A stretch of 39,796 nucleotides of DNA from contig NC_068981.1 in assembly GCF_001194135.2 (NCBI RefSeq), positions 130,416,974 through 130,456,769 of the forward strand, written 5' to 3'. The stretch is from Octopus bimaculoides (taxonomy: Eukaryota). The translations under genes and the position numbers were made by a program. Of the stretch, positions 32,546 through 39,796 are shown piece after piece; position 1 is the stretch's first letter, and the number at the start of each line of letters is the position of its first letter. The notes under the pieces were generated by a model, which was not told the DNA's origin, ran no database searches, and saw nothing but the letters and a program-made list of their open reading frames with translations.

Positions 32546-33194
32546 AACTAAATTAACATTGCTATAAATAAATCTTCCCAGTATTTTCATTTTTTTTTTT
32601 AACTGTGATGGAATGGGTGCTAATGGTAGAAAAGTGTTCTACAGAATATATTTTCTCAGAATCAGTATTTCATCTATATTATTTCACATACAAATCCTCT
32701 CAGGATCCTTAGCTCCAGAATCCTAGGATCAATTTAAGCAGCTCTTAACTAGCTCTTTTCAAAAGTTTAGCTTGCTGCCTATTCACAAGAAATCAATACA
32801 TTTCCATTGCATTGATTTTCTCTGCTGAGAAATAAAACAAGCAACAGAAAAATACTCCGATTCATAAACTGAACTCTGTGTAACTTCTGGTGCAACAACT
32901 CTGATTGTCTTAAATGTATATTTTTGTATAAATGAACTGAAATGCTATGTCAGCAATGAAGGCAATATATAACTGCCAAGTGCTTTGTGAACTTGTAATG
33001 ACAAGTTGTGGTCAATTTTGTCATAGGTCAGCAGAAGGTAATGGGAAATGTCGATAATCCATTTTGAGCCATCATATAAAGACAAAGTTTTCCATGCCCC
33101 ACCATCTAATAGATTGCACGACGTTATAATTAAGAAAAGAATAATTTATTTGTTTATTTGATTGATTCATGTTATGTACCATATGGAGTTCCAT

Positions 33195-33986
33195 GTATGT
33201 CTCTACTGTCCTGTTTTTGTTCCCAACTTTGTCTATAAATCCAAAATTTTATCTGGGAATTTATAGAAGCAACTGTCTTCAAAGACTCATAAAGGATCGT
33301 TCTCTGTATTACTTGTCCTGTTTTCCATTTTTTTCTCTCGTTGTTTGCGTATTTAACTTGTTTGTTTTCATACTTCATGTTGTTTACACAGTTGGTGATG
33401 TCCTGTACCCATATATGCACACACACACACACACACATATATTATTTATATTATTATTTAATTGAACGCCATGCATCCATTTCCAAGTAAGTTTATCTTT
33501 GCCAGTTTGATGCGACTCTACTCTATACTTTTTCTCCCTCAACCTTCTCTAATTCCCTTTTTCTCCCCTTCAACGTTTTCTCTCTCTCTCTCTCTCTCTC
33601 TCCCTCTTTCNNNNNNNNNNCTCACATGACCATCTTTCTTTTCTTGCATGATGTTCTAAGGACTGGACTTTTTCTTTCTCTGTCTTCTATCTTTTCTTTT
33701 TTTCAAAAAAAATATTTCTCCCAGTGTTCACTATTTTCCTCTCATTCTGGTCTAACAACCCTCCATATTTGTTTTCATTTGGTTTCTTTGTATGTTTCCA
33801 CTGTCTTGATTTTGTTCCCAACTTTGACCCTTCATAAATCCAAAATTATTTTATAATTTATAGGAGCAACTGTTTTGAAGACTCATAAAGAGTTGTTCTG
33901 CATGTTACTTGTCTTGTTTTCCATTTTTTCTCTCATTGTTTGCATATTCAACTAGTTTGTTTTCGTACTTCATGTCGTTTACATAT
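33195..33986. repeat. Two diverged direct repeats of about 195 bp (33195-33390 and 33790-33986), probably PLE terminal-repeat remnants
   Basis: Shared anchors TTTGTTCCCAACTTTG, AGCAACTGT..AAGACTCATAAAG and CTTCATGT.GTTTACA, at offset 595. Confidence 0.85.
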
Positions 33987-33992
33987 ATATAT

Positions 33993-33994
<2 letters not shown>

Positions 33995-34070
<76 letters not shown>
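33995..34070. repeat. (GA)n microsatellite
   Basis: Directly visible. Confidence 0.98.
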
Positions 34071-34074
<4 letters not shown>

Positions 34075-34189
34075 GTGTAGGATGTAGTCACATGATAAGT
34101 TGATGGGACAAAGACTGACAGACATTTTAATTGAATGTTTCGATGATTTCTGACTGCCTTTTACAATGTTGATCATAGAATTTCACCTC

Positions 34190-35635
34190 TTACTTTATTT
34201 AGGACACATCAGCGTTGGATCTAATCATCCACCATCAATAATTAGGAGACTCGTTTATAACATCTTGGTTAGAATATCCAGGTTACCCACAAATGAAAAT
34301 ATATTCAACATACACGCACCTTATTATAACTTAGCCTTAGCGAAGGCTAGATACCATGAGAAAATCCAATATGCCAGTAGTAGCAGTAATAATAATAACT
34401 CTTATAACTCAACTAGTAATAATACGATTCATTATAAACCTTACCAAACACAACAATAACTATACACACAATGTCAAAAGCCTAGATAATAGAAACCCAA
34501 ACCATAAGATAAGACTAACCAAACCCAGACACATTAGAATCAGCCATGAGTTAGAGAAAACTTGTAATAGACACTTAATGCCACAAAATCCAATTGCTGC
34601 TCCAAGCATCCAGATAAACAGACCTAACTGAAAATATAAAAACCATGACATCCTTTGGTGTAACCCAATCTGGAACTCAAATGTCTGATCTAAGATCGCG
34701 AAACAATATTTTGCTGCACTTGATCGCTGCTTCCCTAAAAATGGACTGTACAGCAAAATATTCAACTGTCACACCATAAAACTATCCTATGCAAATTCAT
34801 CAAACTTAGAGCACCATATTCATAGGATTAACAACCGTAAACTGAGGCAAAGATTAGTCAGCACTCAAAATAACCTTCTTGATATCAACCATAACTCATA
34901 TGACCAACCTAAAGACGTTTATAACTCAAATTATACTACCAACCAATTGAGCAATAATAACAATATCCATGATAGCCATCCGAAAAACAACAATTCAAAT
35001 AATAAACTGAGAATATGTAGTGATAATAAAACGATAATATTGACAACCAACACACTGAAAAGAACCAATCCCTCCAGCGCTTGATGTACACAAGCCAACG
35101 AAATCAAACAGTTATGCTCATGCAGAGACAGAGCCAATTGTCCTTTGGATAACTAATGTATGACTAAGAATGTGGTATACAAGTGCACTATAAACACTAG
35201 AGGAGGCACCTACGTATATATCGGTGCATCAGCTGATTTTTTCAAAAATCGATACTGCAACCACATCACCAGCTTTCAAAATATCCTTAAACAATATGTA
35301 ACAACACTGGTTAATTTTATCTGGAAGGTTAAGAAAGCGAAGAAAAATATGACCTTACATGGTCCATACATAGACACACGAGTCCCTACAACACTATATC
35401 TAGGAAATGCCAGTTATGCTCCGAGGAATCACTCTCGATAACGTTAACAAAGGAGTGCATTATAAATAAATTCATTGAACAATTACGCAGATGCCTACAT
35501 GCACCAAAACACACATTCACATATTACAATCCCGACCATACATAACTTGATGTATACATAGCGCCCACGACTCTTAATACACATGAACTTGAAGAACTAT
35601 ATTTGCCATGAGCAAAACACAAGTTTACAAGTGGT
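34190..35635 (+). mobile_element. 5'-truncated Penelope-like element: RT thumb, Asn-rich linkers, GIY-YIG endonuclease
   Basis: GSNHPPSIIRRLV..RISRL..NIFN..YYNLAL, ILWCNPIWN..FPKNGLYSKIFNCHTIKLSY, CSCRDRANCPL..CMTKNVVYKC..YVYIG..FKNRYCNH..SF. Confidence 0.9.
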
Positions 35636-35639
35636 TTTT

Positions 35640-36210
35640 ACTCTTTAGAAATGATCACTTGTTGTTTGAAGAACAATCTTATTCAGGGTGTCTGTCGACC
35701 TCCCAAATGAATGAAAACATCATGAAAATACATGAGCTGATCTTGGAGGACCATCACTGAACAATTGGCAAACTTGTTAATATGACTGGTGTGTCCTGGA
35801 ACTCCTGCCAACGAATTTTGAGTGAGAAATTTCAAATGAAAAGAGTTGCAGCAAAATTTGTGCCTCACTTGCTCACAGAAGATCGAAAATAGTCATGACT
35901 GAATGCGTGTCATGAACTGAAAGAACTGTTGGAAATTGATCCAGATCTCTTCTCGAAGGTCATCACTGGTGATGAAAGCTGGTGCTATGGAATTTGCAGA
36001 TGTGGAAGAGGTGAATAGAAAACGACAGAGGCAGTAAAAGGCATCACTTTGCAAGAGTTCCAGCACTGCTCTGAACAGTGAAAAACACGTCTGGACTGAT
36101 GCATTGCTTCAAATGGAGAATACTTCGAAGGTGATAAAAGTGTAAACATGTAAAACTAAGTAAATAAAATAATATTGCAAAATTCTGGTTTCTTTTTGGT
36201 AACCCTCGTA
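35640..36210 (+). mobile_element. Internally deleted mariner (DD34D-type) relic
   Basis: KRVAAKFVPHLLT (WVPHEL-type motif), VITGDESWCYG (first catalytic D), CIASNGEYFEGD. 3' TIR-like end ..TTTTTGGTAACCCTCG-TA at 36210. Confidence 0.88.
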
Positions 36211-36668
36211 TACACATCCGTATGTTCACATATGAATGTGTACATACACATGTACTCTCTTTGGCATATATTCATGAATACCTTCAAATATTTGCATGTA
36301 TAAGTATATGCATGTCTATGCATATATGTCTGTCTATCTATCTATCTATTATTTATATGTATGACTGTGTGTATTTGTATCTTATCATACATATGTGTGC
36401 TTCTTTCTTAGATGTTTCTTTATGCTGTTTGATTCCTTTGCATTTTATTCTATTTTTTTTTAATACTTCCTCTTCACTTAGCAGGCATATTTTGAAATAT
36501 ATTGATTATCATATACCACTCCTGTAAATATTATTGATCAAAGATTCCTGGAAATTCAAATTCATTCATCTATAAAGAGTAAATTCATGCTTTATAAGTT
36601 AGATTGATATGAGTAATGCATGAAATTCTCGACCCTTCACTTAGCGTGTAATTTCACAACCAAATAAA

Positions 36669-36711
<43 letters not shown>

Positions 36712-36734
36712 AATATGTATATGTGTGTGTATGT

Positions 36735-36950
36735 CATCATCATCATCATTTATCATCTGTTTTCCATGCTGGCATGGGCTATATGGTTTGACTGGGATTG
36801 GTAAGTCAGAGAGCTGTACCAGGCTACATTCGTCTGTTTTGGCTTGGTTTCTACAGCTGAATATCCTTCCTAATGCCAACTACTTTATAGAGTGTAATGA
36901 GTGTTTTTTTTACATGTAACCAGCAGTGCCACCTCTCATGTGTCACTGGC
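36735..36950 (-). mobile_element. Older RTE-tail short element
   Basis: Diverged homolog of 4146-4330 with an (ATC)n tail. Confidence 0.8.
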
Positions 36951-36989
36951 ACATATGTATATGTGTATATATATATATATTCATATATA

Positions 36990-37243
36990 TATTCATTGGA
37001 CTGTGGCCATACTGGGATACTGCCTTGAATAGTTTAGTTGAACCCCAGTACTTATTTTTTCAAAGCCAGTTACTTATTCTGTTGGTCTCTTATTGCTGAA
37101 GTGCTAAGTTACAGCAATGTAAACAAACAAACACCAGTTGTGAAGTGGTGGTTGTAGGAACAGACACAATCCACAAAATGCACATATATAGATATATACA
37201 TACACACATATATATATAGATATATACATACACACACACATAT
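36990..37243 (-). mobile_element. SINE family A, 3' half
   Basis: Reverse complement of the 3' half; ends at an N gap. Confidence 0.78.
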
Positions 37244-37353
37244 NNNNNNNNNNNNNNNNNNNNNNNNNNNNNNNNNNNNNNNNNNNNNNNNNNNNNNNNN
37301 NNNNNNNNNNNNNNNNNNNNNNNNNNNNNNNNNNNNNNNNNNNNNNNNNNNNN

Positions 37354-38533
37354 ATTGTGCTTTACCAGAAAGGATAAAAAAATGAATGTAAAGTATGTTA
37401 ATCTGAATAGTTTTAATCAAGAATGTGATCACTATCATTTTCAGCAACTGCAGCCCAACTTTTTTATACCACGTTCAAAGAAACCTCTTTCTCCTCCCCC
37501 AAAAAGTCTGAAAGACCATTTTCAACTTCCACTCTATTTCTGGGTGATCGGAACAGATAGAAACTTTTAGGTGCTAAGTCAGGTGAGTACAGAGGATGTG
37601 GAAGAACTTCCCATCGTAACAATCTTATTTTTTGTTGGGTTTGTTTTGAAAGTGTGGCCATGCATTGTCATGCTGGAGAATAACACCTCTTCTGTTTACC
37701 AAAGCTGGCTGCTTTTGATGTAATTTTTCATTTACATGATCAAGTTGTTGGCAATAGACATCAGTATTGGACAATATCTTTCCTGTTTCACCAAACACAG
37801 AAAAAGGATTTTTGTGGATGGAGTTCTGGTTTTGGTGTTGGCACTGACCTCTCATTACATGATAACCATTGTGTTTTTCATTTACTGCTGTGATGCAAAA
37901 CCCATTTTTCATCACCTGTAACAATGTGCTGCAGAAATGACAGGTTGTTATTCCTGGTTACAAGGCTGATGCAGATGGTGGAATGTGTTTGGTTCTCAAG
38001 CATAAGCTCATATAGAACCCAACTTCCCTTTTTGTTTGTTTTGTTTTCTCACTTTCTTGAGATGTTCATGGATAGTTGAATACAGCCCATTAAATTTTCG
38101 CACCAAATCTCTGGTGCTTTGATGTGGATCCAATGCAATAGTCTTATTCAAAAGGTCATCATTCAGTGTAGGTTATCTTCTAGAGCAAGGCTTGTCAGAT
38201 ACATCACAATCACCATCTTTAAACTTTTTAAACCACAACTGACATGTACAAGATTTTACTGAACCTGGATACACTTCACATTTTCATTGCTTCTGTAGTG
38301 ATACTTTTCTTTTGAAACTCATACACTAAGCAGTGGTGGATATGTTGTTTCATAAAGTTCTTATCCTCCATGGCGTTAATTACTGAAATAACTATGAATG
38401 ACGCACTACTGGATAGAAGAGATGATATACTATTTCTAGACAGTTCCATCCTTTCGACCTTGGCTATCACATGATTGGTTGATTCATATTTCATAGGGGT
38501 TAACAAAATGCTATTACTTTCCAAACACCCTAA
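37354..38533 (-). mobile_element. Near full-length decayed mariner with an Hsmar1-like TIR
   Basis: TIR-like TTAGGGTGTTTGGAAAGTAATAGCATTTT at 38533-38505. Remnants HIHHCLVYEF, decayed TGDEKW, GVILQHDNAWPH and WEVLPHPLYSPDLAP. Confidence 0.9.
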
Positions 38534-38654
38534 TGTGTATGTGTGTGCATGCATGTGTGTGCGTGCATGTGTGTGTGCATGCATGTGCATGCATGCGTCT
38601 GTGCATATGTGTGTTTATACATACATATATATATATGTATAGATATATATCTTT

Positions 38655-38800
38655 GGCAGGCATCATTGTATTTCTTTATAGCTAATCTATTTACAAGGTT
38701 TGGCCACCCCAGAGATATAATAGAAGATACTTGCCCAGTGTATCAAGAAATGGGACTGAACCTGAATCCATGTGGTTGAGAAGCAACTGCTTACCATATA
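38655..38800 (-). mobile_element. SINE family A, 5' half (degraded)
   Basis: GATATAATAGAAGATACTTGCCCAG..GGGACTGAACCTGAATCCATGTGGTTGAGAAGCAAC. Confidence 0.72.
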
Positions 38801-38880
38801 CATTTATGCTTGCGATTATATATATATATCTTTGTATGTATGTATGTATGTATGTATGTATGTATGTTTCTATGTATATA

Positions 38881-39340
38881 CAGGGTGTGGTGAATATACT
38901 GTCGTCTAAATTATGCAAAAATGAAAATAACACTGACATCTCATTTTAACAGATATATTTACCAAAATTACATAAAATATCTTGAAGTACTAATGAATAA
39001 ATTTATTCAATAAAATCGCCTCTGTGTTGAATGTGAAGCTGTGTGGGAAGATGAATGGAGGCATAACGTAGCCATCACTAGTGATCGCTCCAAATACCAT
39101 GATGTTGACTGGATGTTTGATTTTTATCACTCTGAGTACGTTTTGGGGACACAGCAAGCCAACGCCTGTTCTGTGTGTTCACCATCTGTTCGTATTGGAG
39201 TTTCCAGCAAGAATGCCAAGCAGTACAGCATGTTGTTTCCAAATTTCTGGCAGAGTGAATTGCGTCATGGTGCTGTTTTACTCACAGACAGTGCCCAACT
39301 GATCCTACTATACTGTGTAGTTGACAAAATCAAAAACAAA
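38881..39340 (-). mobile_element. Internally deleted Tc1/mariner relic, maT (DD37D)-like
   Basis: Terminus TA-CAGGGTGTGG at 38879-38890. Minus strand reads KHPVNIMVFGAITSDGYVMPPFIF. Confidence 0.65.
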
Positions 39341-39397
39341 TAATGCACAGTGTGCAAAATTAAAAATATAAAATGGCAACAGTTGTTTATTTATCAC

Positions 39398-39502
39398 GCT
39401 CTCTCTCTCTCCTCTCTCTTTCTCTCCTCTCTCTTTCTCTCTTCTCTCCTCTCTGTTTCTCTCCTCTCTGTTTCTCTCCTCTCTGTTTCTCTCCTCTCTC
39501 TT

Positions 39503-39555
<53 letters not shown>

Positions 39556-39560
39556 TATAT
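39398..39560. repeat. (CT)n, 15-bp minisatellite (CTCTCCTCTCTGTTT)x3 and (TA)n
   Basis: 15-bp units at 39444, 39459 and 39474. Confidence 0.95.
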
Positions 39561-39796
39561 ATCATCATCATCGTTTAACGTCCGCCTTCCATGCTAGCAT
39601 GGGTTGGACGATTTGACTGAGGACTGGTGAAACCGGATGGCAACTCCAGGCTCCAATCTAATTTGGCAGAGTTTCTACAGCTGGATGCCCTTCCTAACGC
39701 CAACCACTCAGAGAGTGTAGTGGGTGCTTTTACGTGTCACCCGCACGAAGGCCAGTCAGGCAGTACTGGCAACGGCCACGCTCGAAATGGTGTCTT
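39561..39796 (-). mobile_element. Young RTE-tail short retroelement (runs off the window end)
   Basis: I count two substitutions relative to the 4146 copy over the first approximately 185 bp. Confidence 0.88.

Overview
AT-rich, microsatellite-dense eukaryotic genomic DNA with four N gaps (4462-4727, 31441-31484, 33611-33620, 37244-37353). The SINE, R4/Dong and RTE families look like those I associate with octopus or another coleoid cephalopod; this is an inference from recall, not a database match. I found no intact host protein-coding gene, rRNA, true tRNA or CRISPR array. Most of the long ORFs in the track are microsatellite artefacts or transposon relics. The window is a transposon graveyard: at least six R4/Dong (REL-endonuclease) LINE pieces, an RTE LINE with RTE-tail short elements, a Tx1/L1 LINE, a CR1 LINE, two Penelope-like (GIY-YIG) remnants, four Tc1/mariner relics, piggyBac-type MITEs, one hAT-like end, an LTR with a tRNA-Trp-like PBS, and many tRNA-derived SINEs. 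The most interesting unexplained structures are: (1) a complete type-I hammerhead ribozyme fold at 21950-22010; (2) an R4/Dong N-terminus joined to a Penelope GIY-YIG module at 5060-6935; (3) a pre-miRNA-like hairpin at 4034-4098; (4) a 110-nt hairpin with a 26-bp perfect core at 22471-22580; (5) an LTR with retained promoter motifs and an internal ORF; (6) a duplicated 27-nt candidate microexon.
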